In this document: in pieces, positions 8,923 through 18,739 of the stretch
Numbering within the stretch: position 1 is the stretch's first letter
Layout of the letters: every line of letters starts with the position of its first letter
Assembly (NCBI GenBank): GCA_016933025.1
Contig: JAFGBT010000015.1
Span: 78,064-142,063 of the forward strand
Direction: 5' to 3'
Source of the DNA: Spirochaetota bacterium
Lineage (GTDB): Bacteria > Spirochaetota > UBA4802 > UBA5550
Length of the DNA stretch: 64,000 nt
Position numbers and translations under genes: made by a program
The notes under the pieces: generated by a model
Told to the model about the DNA's origin: nothing
Databases searched by the model: none
Seen by the model: the letters and a program-made list of their open reading frames with translations, nothing else

Positions 8923-9750
8923 TCATTTGCCTTTCCGGAATTCCTCTATCGATTTTCCCCTGATGCATTCTGCAAGTTCCCAGACGTAATTATAGAGATG
9001 GAGGCCCTTGGAGACGGCAATGATCTCGCCGTCTTCGACGCCGACTTCCGAAGCGATGTATTCCTTCATCATCTGCATGGCCGCAAGGTTCGCGGGGAAT
9101 CCTCCCCAGAGGTCCCATGACCGGAAATATATGATAAAGTTGAGCCTGCCGTCCTGGATGCGCGTGTCGATGAGACGCAGGCATGGCGGATCAATGAGAA
9201 CCATGTCTGCGGGGTGGGCCACCTGGAGCACCATCTGGTTGTTTCGGTGCCCCCTGTTTTTGTAGGTCCATATGCAGAGCTCCATCTGGTTGATGAAGTA
9301 GCGCCCGCTTTCCTCTATTATTATTTTTCGATTTTCCCATACCTCGCGGTCCTGGATCACGATATCCTCAAGCTCCTTGCTGCTGTAGGTGGTTGGATCT
9401 CCGATATGAATAGGATACCTGCATATCCTCTGGCCGTAGGTATACGACTCGCCCGGCTTTACCTCGCCGGTCATGAGGTACGGGAGATAATCGGTAAGGT
9501 AATCGTCCGCTACCGGGTTCGGGAGGTTGTATTGTCCCGGGATCTGGGGAAGGAGCGGCAGCTCCCCCGGCTTTTTAATGTGAATGGAGATAAAGTCGAA
9601 TTCAAGCCGTTTTTCTCCGGCATATGAACCGCGATCTATCGTAAAATCACGGCCGGATTCGAGACACTTGTAGACCGCCTGAAACCAGGCGTCAGGGAGC
9701 GTGGTGGCTTCGATGAAGATTGGTTTAAGTCCGATGTTTGTAGTGCTCAT
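8923..9750 (-). CDS. Thymidylate synthase family protein (divergent, archaeal-like ThyA).
   Basis: C-terminal half aligns to ThyA: HPADMVLIDPPCLRLID (catalytic Cys), YFRSWDLWGGFPANL, LHLYNY. N-terminal half is divergent. Confidence 0.7.
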   Translation of the reverse strand: MSTTNIGLKPIFIEATTLPDAWFQAVYKCLESGRDFTIDRGSYAGEKRLEFDFISIHIKKPGELPLLPQIPGQYNLPNPVADDYLTDYLPYLMTGEVKPGESYTYGQRICRYPIHIGDPTTYSSKELEDIVIQDREVWENRKIIIEESGRYFINQMELCIWTYKNRGHRNNQMVLQVAHPADMVLIDPPCLRLIDTRIQDGRLNFIIYFRSWDLWGGFPANLAAMQMMKEYIASEVGVEDGEIIAVSKGLHLYNYVWELAECIRGKSIEEFRKGK

Positions 9751-9952
9751 TATATGTTTCCATCATACAAGTATTTTTCCTATTTTGTCTGCGTATTATG
9801 TCTTGTGAATCAATTATCTGTCAAGAACTATGCGCAAGGTTAAAAATAGTACGGCAGTCAGTAAAATGCTTGCCGAAAGTGATGTGTCAGAGCAAGGCTA
9901 AAGGGTGCAGAGCGGACAAACAGGCACCTGAAAACTGGATAAATTATCCGGA

Positions 9953-11221
9953 GTGTATGATTTAATGAGCTATTTCAACAGCGGCACGGTCGAGGCAGTA
10001 CAGCGCTATCTGGAAAGGGGGATGCCCCGTTATCTTGATATCCTGAGCGACATGGTGGCCATTAATTCCTATACCCTGAATACTGCAGGGGTAAATCGCC
10101 TTGCCGCCTACACCGCCGGCGCGTTTAAAGAATTGGGATTTGCCGACGAGCAGATCCGGTCGACTGTCCCTGATTTCGGCAATCATCTGGCGCTGTCCAG
10201 GCCGGGAGGTTCTCCGATAGTTATCGGTTGCGTTTCACATCTTGATACCGTGTTCAGTCCGGAGGAGGAAGAGAGGAATGATTTCCGCTGGCGAGTCGAG
10301 GGGGACAGGGTGTATGGCCCCGGGACCATCGATATAAAGGGGGGCACGGTTGTGATGCTGATGACACTGGAGGCGATCAGGCATGCCGCGCCTGCGGTCT
10401 TCGACAAGGTCAACTGGACCCTTCTTCTGGACGCATCCGAGGAAATGGAATCCGATGACTTTGGTGCGCTCTGCTGCGATAGATTGCGCGCCCCGGCTTC
10501 GAATGGAGATACCCGGGCCTGCCTGGTCTTCGAGGCAGGCCTTTCGAGGGGGGGCAATTTCTACATGGTGGCCTCGCGGAAGGGCCGCGCCGAGTTGCGC
10601 ATAACGGTTGAGGGAAAGGGCGCGCATTCCGGCGTGGCGCACAGGAAGGGCGCCAGTGCCATCACCCAGATGGCCGATGTCGTACAGAGGCTCGAGGCCC
10701 TGACCGATTACGAGAAGGAGCTTACGGTAAACGTAGGAAGGATAGCGGGCGGGTCCCAGATCAATCGCGTCCCCCATTTCGCGGAGGCATTCGCGGAGAT
10801 GCGGGCGTTCGAGCCGGATGTTTTCGAGAAAGCGCTCGCTGACATAACGGCCCTCGACGGCCTTTCCGGCGTTGCCAGCGCTGACGGCGGTTTTTCATGC
10901 AGGACCGGGGTGGAGCTGGTACGCCGCGTGCCGGCGTGGCCGCACAACGAAGCGTCGGGTCGGCTCCTTGCACACTGGCAAGCCGCCGGTGAGCTCCTCG
11001 GCAGCAGGGTAATACTCGAGAAGCGGGGGGGGCTTTCGGACGGCAATTTCACCTGGGAGCAGGTGCCCACCCTTGACGGTCTGGGTCCGTCCGGCGGTAA
11101 TCCTCACTGCTCCGAGCATTCGGCCGACGGATCCAAGGAACAGGAATACGCAGTCGTCTCTTCATTTGTTCCGAAAGCCGTTCTCAACGCCATGGCAATT
11201 ATCAAAATTGCCGGAATGTAA
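9953..11221 (+). CDS. M20 family metallopeptidase (carboxypeptidase G2/ArgE/DapE-like).
   Basis: 422 aa. Motifs HLDTV, GPGTIDIKGG and EEMESDDFGA are typical of M20 peptidases. Confidence 0.8.
   Translation: MYDLMSYFNSGTVEAVQRYLERGMPRYLDILSDMVAINSYTLNTAGVNRLAAYTAGAFKELGFADEQIRSTVPDFGNHLALSRPGGSPIVIGCVSHLDTVFSPEEEERNDFRWRVEGDRVYGPGTIDIKGGTVVMLMTLEAIRHAAPAVFDKVNWTLLLDASEEMESDDFGALCCDRLRAPASNGDTRACLVFEAGLSRGGNFYMVASRKGRAELRITVEGKGAHSGVAHRKGASAITQMADVVQRLEALTDYEKELTVNVGRIAGGSQINRVPHFAEAFAEMRAFEPDVFEKALADITALDGLSGVASADGGFSCRTGVELVRRVPAWPHNEASGRLLAHWQAAGELLGSRVILEKRGGLSDGNFTWEQVPTLDGLGPSGGNPHCSEHSADGSKEQEYAVVSSFVPKAVLNAMAIIKIAGM
10214..10227 (+). repeat. Dyad motif CCGATAGTTATCGG inside the M20 peptidase CDS.
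   Basis: Exact 14-mer. In-frame translation is P-I-V-I-G. Confidence 0.6.
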
Positions 11222-11317
11222 AGAAATAATATCATGCAATTCCCCTCATTTTTTCTTGACGATAGGATTAGTGCGGCCTATTCTGCATGCATCTAATCCT
11301 CGTGCGGAGGCCTTTCT

Positions 11318-13063
11318 ATGAACCTGCTTCTTGTTCTCGGTATTTCAATTGCTCTGCTGCTGATGGGGTATATTTTTTACGGCCGCTTTATTGAAAAGAA
11401 TTTTGACGTTGACGGATCCCATGTGACACCTGCCGTCGAGCTTCAGGACGGCGTCGATTACGTGCCGACACATAAGATAGTCATATTCGGGCATCACTTC
11501 GCCTCCATTGCCGGCGGCGGTCCCATTATAGGGCCCTGCGTCGGCCTGATTTTCGGCTTCATGCCTGTCTGGTTCTGGATACTCTTCGGCACTATCTTTA
11601 TAGGTGCCGTACACGATTACTCCGTGCTCCTGGCTTCGATGCGCGAGAAGGGGAGGTCTATTGCCGAGATCGCGGAAAGGACCCTGGGGCGTACCGGCTT
11701 TCTGCTCTTTATAGGGTTTACCATAATAATGCTCCTTATGGTCACGTCGGTTTTTTTGACTCTCACGACAACCGCGCTCGCCTCAAAATACCCGATTGAA
11801 TTTTTCGGCGCCAATGAACTCGGTATCCGCACCGTGGTGGAGAACGGCGTAACCTACGCGGTCATCGGCGGCATCGCATCGACATCGGTCATTGTCATCA
11901 CCTGCTGCGCTCCTCTCCTGGGATATCTCCTGTACAAGCGTCAAGTCAACGCATGGATCATGGCGCTCATTGCCATAGCCGTTTGCGCCATCTCGATACA
12001 GATCGGATTGATGTTCCCGATAAAAATTGATGCGTTTATATGGATGATTATTCTTTCGGTATACACGATATTCGCGGCAGGCGTGCCGGTCTGGCTTATC
12101 CTCCAGCCCCGGGACTTCACCAACTCGTTTCTCCTGTACGGCGGGGTGACGGGTATGCTCATAGGCGGGATCATTCTCGGCTTCCAGGGAGCGGTGGTCG
12201 AGGCGCCGATGTTTAACCTTGACGTCGGAGCCAAGCACCTCGGGTACGTGTGGCCGGTTCTCTTCATCACCGTGGCATGCGGTGCCATAAGCGGGTTTCA
12301 TTCCCTGGTTGCCGGCGGGACCTCCGCCAAACAGGTGAATTTTGAACGCCCCGATTCGCGGATGGTCGGCTACGGCGGCATGACGATGGAGGCGCTCCTC
12401 GCTGTCGCGGTCATCGTAACTATCGCATGCGGCATCAGTTATGATCAGTTTCGGACAATCGTGTTCCCGGCGGCCGCGGGGGTAAAGGCAAATCCGGTGC
12501 TCGCTTTCGCTCTTGGCGTTGGCGGATTGCTCAATCGAGCGGTCGGCCTTCCGATCATATACGGTTCGGTCTTCGGCATCCTGATGGTCGAGGGCTTTGT
12601 CGTCACCACCCTGGACACGGCGGTACGGCTCAACCGGTATCTCTTCGAGGAGCTGTGGCGCATGATATTCAAGAAGGTTCCGAGGATTTTGAAAACCTAC
12701 CTTTTCAACTCGGGCCTCTGCGTCGTCCTGATGTTCATTCTGGCATACTTCAACGCATTCAAGCAGCTCTGGAACCTTTTCGGGGCGGCAAATCAGCTTC
12801 TCGCCGCTCTTGCATTGATTACGGTGAGTGTCTGGCTCCTTAAAAAGGGGAAGAGGTATCTGTTTACCATGGTGCCGGGTCTGTTTATGCTGGTTACGAC
12901 CATCGCCGCACTCGTCGTTATTCTGGTAAAGCAATATATTCCGAAGCATAACTGGATGCTTTCCTTCGGCGATGTTGTTCTCCTCTGCCTGTCGATTGGC
13001 GTTATAGTCCTCAGTTTTAAACAGTTTATGTTGAATAGAAAAGCAAGGGGTGCTGCTTCATAG
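11318..13063 (+). CDS. cstA: Carbon starvation protein A.
   Basis: 581-aa polytopic protein. N-terminus GHHFASIAGGGPIIGP is the CstA signature. Confidence 0.9.
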   Translation: MNLLLVLGISIALLLMGYIFYGRFIEKNFDVDGSHVTPAVELQDGVDYVPTHKIVIFGHHFASIAGGGPIIGPCVGLIFGFMPVWFWILFGTIFIGAVHDYSVLLASMREKGRSIAEIAERTLGRTGFLLFIGFTIIMLLMVTSVFLTLTTTALASKYPIEFFGANELGIRTVVENGVTYAVIGGIASTSVIVITCCAPLLGYLLYKRQVNAWIMALIAIAVCAISIQIGLMFPIKIDAFIWMIILSVYTIFAAGVPVWLILQPRDFTNSFLLYGGVTGMLIGGIILGFQGAVVEAPMFNLDVGAKHLGYVWPVLFITVACGAISGFHSLVAGGTSAKQVNFERPDSRMVGYGGMTMEALLAVAVIVTIACGISYDQFRTIVFPAAAGVKANPVLAFALGVGGLLNRAVGLPIIYGSVFGILMVEGFVVTTLDTAVRLNRYLFEELWRMIFKKVPRILKTYLFNSGLCVVLMFILAYFNAFKQLWNLFGAANQLLAALALITVSVWLLKKGKRYLFTMVPGLFMLVTTIAALVVILVKQYIPKHNWMLSFGDVVLLCLSIGVIVLSFKQFMLNRKARGAAS

Positions 13064-13093
13064 CGTAGCCTTGGCTGAAAAGTGAATTATTAT

Positions 13094-13137
13094 GAAGGGC
13101 CTCTTGTTTCACTGACGAACGAGAGGCCCTTTTACTG
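13094..13137 (+). terminator. Rho-independent terminator after cstA.
   Basis: GGGCCTCT / AGAGGCCC 8-bp stem followed by a TTTT run. Confidence 0.5.
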
Positions 13138-13245
13138 CATTGTTGCTCTGGCATTGAAGGGGAAACAGAGAGAAAAAATATTTGACGCCAATTATCCAGA
13201 AATAATCTGCATGTGATAAAACATTAAAAAATATGAAGGGTCGTT

Positions 13246-14148
13246 ATGAAGCTACATGCCTCCGGTAAAATTCACGAGAGAATCCACGTGGCCGCCAATC
13301 TCGCATATCCCGCGTATATTATCAAAGGCGATTCCAAAAACGCGATGATCGAAGGTGGCTTCAATCTGCTCGGTCCGCTGTATCTTAAATCCGTTGACGA
13401 GATTCTGGGAGACCGGAACAGTCTTTCCTATATATTCATAACTCATTCCCATTATGATCACCTCGGCGCGGTCCAGTATTTGAAGCGCCATATCCCCCGG
13501 GTCAGCGTTGCCGCCCATGAGCGCGTCGGCGGTTTGTTGAGAAAGGAGTCCGCCCTTGCGTTGATGAACCGCCTGAGCGAAAATCAGCGTATACTGTTCA
13601 AGGACATTGCCGGCGACGAGGATCTCACGATCAGGCCGATGGATATTGACCTTCCGCTTGCGGAGGGCGACTCGTTTGACCTCGGCGGCCTTGTCTGCAC
13701 GGTTCTGGAGGTGCCGGGGCATACGAGGGATTCCCTCGCTTTTTACATCCCGGAGTTGAAGGCGCTCTTTCCGGGCGAGGCCGCGGGCGTTCCGCAGGGC
13801 CTCGACGGCAATGAGCCGCAGGTGGAGTTTCTGGCCTCATACGAGGATTATCTCGCATCTCTCGAAAAAATGATTGCTCTGACCCCTGAGATGCTCTGCA
13901 TCGGTCACGGCTGGGTGCTCACCGGCACTGACGCCTCCGAGTTTCTCCGTAAATCCTACGAGGCCACATTCGAGTATCGTAAACTGATCGAGCGTTATCT
14001 GGACGGCGCCGACGGCGACGTTGAATCGGCCATTCAGTCAATTGCCCGCGTTGAATACGATGAGAAGGGGACCATCTTCCAGGAGAGAAACGCCTATCTC
14101 ACCAACCTCGCTGCGCAGGTCAAACATATCGCGGGACTTAAGAATTGA
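13246..14148 (+). CDS. MBL-fold metallo-hydrolase.
   Basis: 300 aa. ITHSHYDHLGA (HxHxDH metal-binding motif). Confidence 0.8.
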   Translation: MKLHASGKIHERIHVAANLAYPAYIIKGDSKNAMIEGGFNLLGPLYLKSVDEILGDRNSLSYIFITHSHYDHLGAVQYLKRHIPRVSVAAHERVGGLLRKESALALMNRLSENQRILFKDIAGDEDLTIRPMDIDLPLAEGDSFDLGGLVCTVLEVPGHTRDSLAFYIPELKALFPGEAAGVPQGLDGNEPQVEFLASYEDYLASLEKMIALTPEMLCIGHGWVLTGTDASEFLRKSYEATFEYRKLIERYLDGADGDVESAIQSIARVEYDEKGTIFQERNAYLTNLAAQVKHIAGLKN

Positions 14149-14157
14149 TTGCGCCGG

Positions 14158-14538
14158 CTATTTTTCCCGGCGTGTACGGGTAAACTGGCAGATGATATTC
14201 TTGTTTGGAGAGGTCAGGGTGACGATAAGCCTGTTCTTGTTGTCCGCCAGGGCATAGGTATACCCGTAGCGCTCATGTCCCTTCAGGTTGCGGAAATCGA
14301 GCATGTCCCCGTTTATCCTCCCGACGAGCTCGGCAATAGACCACTCGCCATTGACGAGCTGCCATGAGATCCTGAATTTATTGTGGCGGATTTTTTTTAT
14401 TTCGATGGCCTTGCCGCACCAGGGGTTCCTGATGGATGGGATTTTCTCGTATGATCCGCTAAAGTCGGCCGCGAATGTCAGTCCCCAGAGGGCGGCTGAT
14501 ATGAAGATAATGATTATGATAATCCCGCATTTTTTCAT
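14158..14538 (-). CDS. Hypothetical secreted protein.
   Basis: 126 aa. N-terminal signal peptide MKKCGIIIIIIFISAALWGLTFA. No recognisable domain. Confidence 0.45.
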   Translation of the reverse strand: MKKCGIIIIIIFISAALWGLTFAADFSGSYEKIPSIRNPWCGKAIEIKKIRHNKFRISWQLVNGEWSIAELVGRINGDMLDFRNLKGHERYGYTYALADNKNRLIVTLTSPNKNIICQFTRTRREK

Positions 14539-14621
14539 GGCAACCCCTTGCTCGCCGATGTTAATATCCAGCGTCGACCGGTATTCCTGTCAAGGACGTG
14601 GAAATCCGGGAAAAAGTATTT

Positions 14622-15347
14622 TCATATATGCGCATGTGCCGTCAGCCTTCCGATATCGATAATCGTTGCGTATACCATCAGCCCGATTATGATAATCCAG
14701 CAGGCCGCCATCAGAGGCACATAGGCCGCGCGGAGCCGAACGCTGATTTTTTCAAGAACGCAGAGGAGCACCTTCCCGCCGTCGAGAACCGGCAGCGGTA
14801 TGAGGTTGAAAACCGCCAGGTTCGCGCTCAGGATGAGGGCAAGGCGCGCGGTTCGCGACGGATCGTCTCCGATAAATACGCTCCCCTGATGAAGAATGCC
14901 GACGATGCCAGATACCTTGTCGGGTTCCTTAAAGAAGCCGGACAGCGCTGACAGGATGTTCCCGGCGAGCAGCCACGTCTGGCGGAACGGCTCCACGAAC
15001 GCCCCGTTGAGCGTAAACCCGTCTTGCGCGGTATTCAGCGATGCGAAGAGGAGGAGCACCAGTATGAAATTTGCCGTCGGGCCTCCGAGCGCAAACAAGG
15101 CCCGCCTGTGAGCCGGGATCCGGAAGTATTCCTCCTGGTCGCGGATTGCAGGGAGAACATATCCTCCCAGTGGTACCATGGATAACCGGAATTCGGTAAC
15201 TCCGATCTTCTTTTTCCATAGTGCGGGCCCGTATCCGACTGAAAAAACCTCGATCGGGATTCCGGCCTGCCTGGCCGCCATATAATGTCCCAGTTCATGC
15301 AGCAGTATCAGCGCGCTGATGATGCAGATGACGATGAAATAATTCAT
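14622..15347 (-). CDS. Site-2 protease family (M50) zinc metalloprotease.
   Basis: 241-aa membrane protein. HELGHY (HExxH) in the first TM segment, plus an LDGG motif. Confidence 0.75.
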   Translation of the reverse strand: MNYFIVICIISALILLHELGHYMAARQAGIPIEVFSVGYGPALWKKKIGVTEFRLSMVPLGGYVLPAIRDQEEYFRIPAHRRALFALGGPTANFILVLLLFASLNTAQDGFTLNGAFVEPFRQTWLLAGNILSALSGFFKEPDKVSGIVGILHQGSVFIGDDPSRTARLALILSANLAVFNLIPLPVLDGGKVLLCVLEKISVRLRAAYVPLMAACWIIIIGLMVYATIIDIGRLTAHAHI

Positions 15348-15455
15348 TATTCCCCCCGGCCGCTGAGCGTTTCGTTATAAGAAATGACGGCCGGTAAATT
15401 TGTTACAAAAATAGCGATGGTCGGACCACGCCGCTCTGGGTCCAAACCGGTGCCG

Positions 15456-16763
15456 TCAATCGCTGTGATCCTTGCCCGACGTGTCGGGCGTCTTGGCAAA
15501 GGCCTTCGCCTTTTCAATTATCTTTTCCCGGGTCCAGTCCTTCGGGTCTTCAATCCGGGAAGACTTTGGCCCGAGATCGTATGATTTTGCCTTCAGGATC
15601 GCCTCTATGCCCAGCGGCGCCGTGTCCTTCGAGTTGAGCACATTCACCATCATATTGTAGACGAAATCCTCGACGCCTTTTGCCATGCGTTCGCGCACGT
15701 CTCGAGGGAGGCCGGTTAGCTTATTCTCGAAGGGGAGGTTCAGCTTTTTATAGTCCCCGGCCTTCAGGCTTTTTTCCGTGGCGTATTTCACCATCTCCTC
15801 CCACATCTCCTCGGTTACGCCGGCGCCCGCGACCTTCTTGAAATTTTTGTTCGCGTCCATCATCGCGTTGCCGTAGTCGTTTACCTCGAGTCCCCAGGAG
15901 ATCATCTGCAGCGCGGTGGCAACATTGGCCTTGGTTGTGGCGGTTTTCTGCGCTATCTGGCGGAGCCTCTCCGAGCTGTTGCCGGATGTGCCGTGCTGGG
16001 CGCCGGAGACATTGTACTTCTCAATCGCCTTGTGTATGCTCGCCGTCAGATCTACCTGGATGCCGGCATCGCTCACCTCGATGCCGTGGGTGGTCCCGTT
16101 ATTGAGGGCTATCCAGTCCGGGAAAATCCCGTTTGCGTTGAGTCCCTGGATGAGGAAGAGGGCCTCTTCCGGCGTCGAAAGCCCTTCCTTTCCTTTGATC
16201 TCGCCAACCTCGGTTTCGAGGCCCGCCCACGCTGGCACAAACTTGTTCAGCTCGATGCTGGCCAGAAGGTTCAGGTCATCAGGGAGGTGGGACGCGTCGA
16301 TCGCGATTGAGGTAATGCCGGCGTCGAACATGGTGGGGATCTCGGTTTTCGCCGCGGCGAGGTCCTTGTCGTTCTGTATTCCGTAATGGTCGGCGTGAAT
16401 GGCTACCGGCACGGTGATCCCGAGCTCGTTGCAGGCCGCGTCGATCAGGGTCGCCATGTTCCAGTAGTTGATGGCGCAGTAGGCCTTCGCGCCCCCCTCG
16501 GATTTGGCTATTTCGAGTATCAGGGCGGCGTTGGCTCGCTGGGCAGCCTTCAGCGCCCCGCGTATGACGAAGCTGTTCCTGGCGTTGCAAGCGATCGCTA
16601 TCGCCTTTCCCCGGGCGATCATCGCGCGGTCGATCACCTTGCCGCTCACCAGGAGCGCCTTTGAATTCGGGAAGAGCTTAAGTATGTTAGGCGGCCTTCC
16701 CACTTCGAGAGCTTTTATGAAATCCTTATCATGGTGAGCCATGGTGGGTCCTCCTGTGATCAT
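15456..16763 (-). CDS. Class II fructose/tagatose-bisphosphate aldolase family protein (long form).
   Basis: 435 aa. AIHADHYG, IDASHLP and ETEVGEIKGKEG are the class II aldolase metal- and substrate-binding motifs. Also carries a ~120-aa C-terminal extension. Confidence 0.75.
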   Translation of the reverse strand: MITGGPTMAHHDKDFIKALEVGRPPNILKLFPNSKALLVSGKVIDRAMIARGKAIAIACNARNSFVIRGALKAAQRANAALILEIAKSEGGAKAYCAINYWNMATLIDAACNELGITVPVAIHADHYGIQNDKDLAAAKTEIPTMFDAGITSIAIDASHLPDDLNLLASIELNKFVPAWAGLETEVGEIKGKEGLSTPEEALFLIQGLNANGIFPDWIALNNGTTHGIEVSDAGIQVDLTASIHKAIEKYNVSGAQHGTSGNSSERLRQIAQKTATTKANVATALQMISWGLEVNDYGNAMMDANKNFKKVAGAGVTEEMWEEMVKYATEKSLKAGDYKKLNLPFENKLTGLPRDVRERMAKGVEDFVYNMMVNVLNSKDTAPLGIEAILKAKSYDLGPKSSRIEDPKDWTREKIIEKAKAFAKTPDTSGKDHSD

Positions 16764-16966
16764 TGTGTTCTGGAATTATCCCATTCTGGTAATCATAAAT
16801 GAAAATTTCAATATTTTTTGGTGCCACCAGTAAAAATATGCCTTTAAATTATGTCTCATAGCTGTACGGCTTTTGGGTAATCGATGCTTATAGACAGATT
16901 GCATACTGTGTTTTCTACGAGGTGACACTTTTTTGTTACCGTGGGGCGCTTGCCGTGCCAGGGCAT

Positions 16967-17003
16967 AAAAAACCCGGTGCAATTCGGCCCCGGGATTTTT
17001 TAT
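16967..17003 (-). terminator. Rho-independent terminator downstream of the LCCL lipoprotein gene.
   Basis: aaaaaCCCGG...CCGGGattttttat: GC stem flanked by A and T runs (potentially bidirectional). Confidence 0.45.
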
Positions 17004-17017
17004 GAATGGTTATTTGA

Positions 17018-17401
17018 CTACTTGGAGACGGTGTAAGCGGTATCGCCCCAACGTAAATTCCAGTCTTTTGATTTTATACCGTTCTTTACGCTCCCCGGAT
17101 ATTTATCCAGGCCGGCTACGATTTTTACTTTAACATTGCCGCCTTGTTCCCTTGTTATAACACCTGCGTGCGCCGCGGCCAGGCACACTGACGAGTCGAC
17201 CATATAGATGTCGGTTCCCCAGAGGGTTCCGCCCGTACATTTAGCCGGGCAGATCACGGTAAAAGTCGCGCCTTCCGACTTGTCCCATACTTTAACATCC
17301 CTGAGCTTCGTCACACATTCAACCGATACGGTTTTTTTGCACCCGATCATGATGCCTGCAAGTAAAACAATGGCCCCCAATATTATGATCGCATTTCTCA
17401 T
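17018..17401 (-). CDS. LCCL-domain lipoprotein.
   Basis: 127 aa. Lipobox LAGIMIGC. Sequence DSSVCLAAAHAGV...GGNVKV resembles an LCCL domain. Confidence 0.6.
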   Translation of the reverse strand: MRNAIIILGAIVLLAGIMIGCKKTVSVECVTKLRDVKVWDKSEGATFTVICPAKCTGGTLWGTDIYMVDSSVCLAAAHAGVITREQGGNVKVKIVAGLDKYPGSVKNGIKSKDWNLRWGDTAYTVSK

Positions 17402-17503
17402 ACAGAATGCCTCCTTCTGGTTTGTATCCCTATATCATATGGGCTGCGGGTGTCAATAATAATTATTGAAACCTGCGGATCGCATTGACCTCCCGATTTT
17501 TCA

Positions 17504-17517
17504 CAGATAGTTATCCG
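17504..17517. repeat. Degenerate copy (12/14) of the dyad motif (cagatagttatccg) in the divergent LCCL/moxR promoter region.
   Basis: Read directly. Confidence 0.45.
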
Positions 17518-17755
17518 TGGATTAATCTGTCCCACTGTCATTTTCTCCATTAAAATTGTGTAACAACAATCAGCCCCCGGTTGACTGAATATTGATATAT
17601 TGTCACTCGCCGGGGCGGTGAATCATTCCCCGGAATTGTTCATTTTCTGGTGGACAAAAAATATCGTTTTTTAACCCTCATAGATATAGTTGAACCTCAA
17701 GCACCTTCGGGGTGGTTGGGATACGAAAACCATTCAATAGCATTGGAGTAGCCAT

Positions 17756-18739
17756 ATGGATTACGCCCAGATTGAAAAGCTCACCGAGAAGGTGAAGGCT
17801 GAAAACGATTTTATTGGAAAAATCAAATCGGAAATCGCCACTGTGATCGTGGGCCAGGAGGCCCTGATCGAGCGAATCCTGATATCCTACATGTCGTCGG
17901 GGCACGTTCTCCTGGAGGGCCTGCCGGGCCTGGCCAAGACCCTCGCCATCCGCGCATTTTCCCGGGCAATCGACACCTCGTTCCAGAGGGTGCAGTTTAC
18001 GCCTGACCTCCTCCCGGCCGACCTGATCGGCACAAGAATATACAATCCAAAGGAGATGGATTTTTTTACCAAGAAGGGACCCATCTTCACGAACCTTCTC
18101 CTGGCCGACGAGATCAACCGCGCTCCCGCCAAGGTGCAGTCGGCGCTGCTTCAGTGCATGGAGGAAAAACAGGTCACCATTGGCGAGGAGACCTATCAGC
18201 TCGAGAAGCCCTTTATGGTCCTGGCGACCGAGAACCCGATCGAACAGGAGGGAACTTACCCGCTTCCGGAGGCCCAGCTGGACCGCTTCTTCATGAAGGT
18301 GCTGGTTGATTATCCCTCGCATCAGGAGGAGAAGGAGATACTGAACCGCTTCAGCGATATCAAGGTGGAAAACGTGAACAAGGTGCTTTCGCCGGATAAG
18401 ATAGCGAAGAAGTCGGAGATAATCGAGAAGATATACATCGACGAGAAGCTGATCGATTACATCGTCACGATAGTAGGCGAAACGCGAAAGCCTGCGCGCA
18501 AGGAGCTGAAGAAATACATCGAGTTCGGCGCGAGCCCGCGGGCATCCATCGCCCTCATGAAGGCGTCGCGCTGCATCGCCTTTTTCCGCGGACGGGGGTT
18601 CGTCACGCCCGACGACATCAAGGAGATCGGCGCCGACGTGCTCCGCCATCGCATTATACTGTCGTACGAGGCGGAGGCCGACGGTAAATCGGCGGACGAT
18701 GTCGTGCGGATGCTCTTTGACTCCGTGGAGGTCCCGTAA
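17756..18739 (+). CDS. moxR: MoxR-family AAA+ ATPase.
   Basis: 327 aa. Walker A GLPGLAKT, Walker B LLADEINRA, sensor motifs. Confidence 0.9.
   Translation: MDYAQIEKLTEKVKAENDFIGKIKSEIATVIVGQEALIERILISYMSSGHVLLEGLPGLAKTLAIRAFSRAIDTSFQRVQFTPDLLPADLIGTRIYNPKEMDFFTKKGPIFTNLLLADEINRAPAKVQSALLQCMEEKQVTIGEETYQLEKPFMVLATENPIEQEGTYPLPEAQLDRFFMKVLVDYPSHQEEKEILNRFSDIKVENVNKVLSPDKIAKKSEIIEKIYIDEKLIDYIVTIVGETRKPARKELKKYIEFGASPRASIALMKASRCIAFFRGRGFVTPDDIKEIGADVLRHRIILSYEAEADGKSADDVVRMLFDSVEVP

Noticed and set aside
16776-16982. 68-aa ORF in the aldolase/LCCL intergenic region.
   Set aside because: Overlaps the predicted terminator hairpin. Lacks an RBS. Basic low-complexity sequence.
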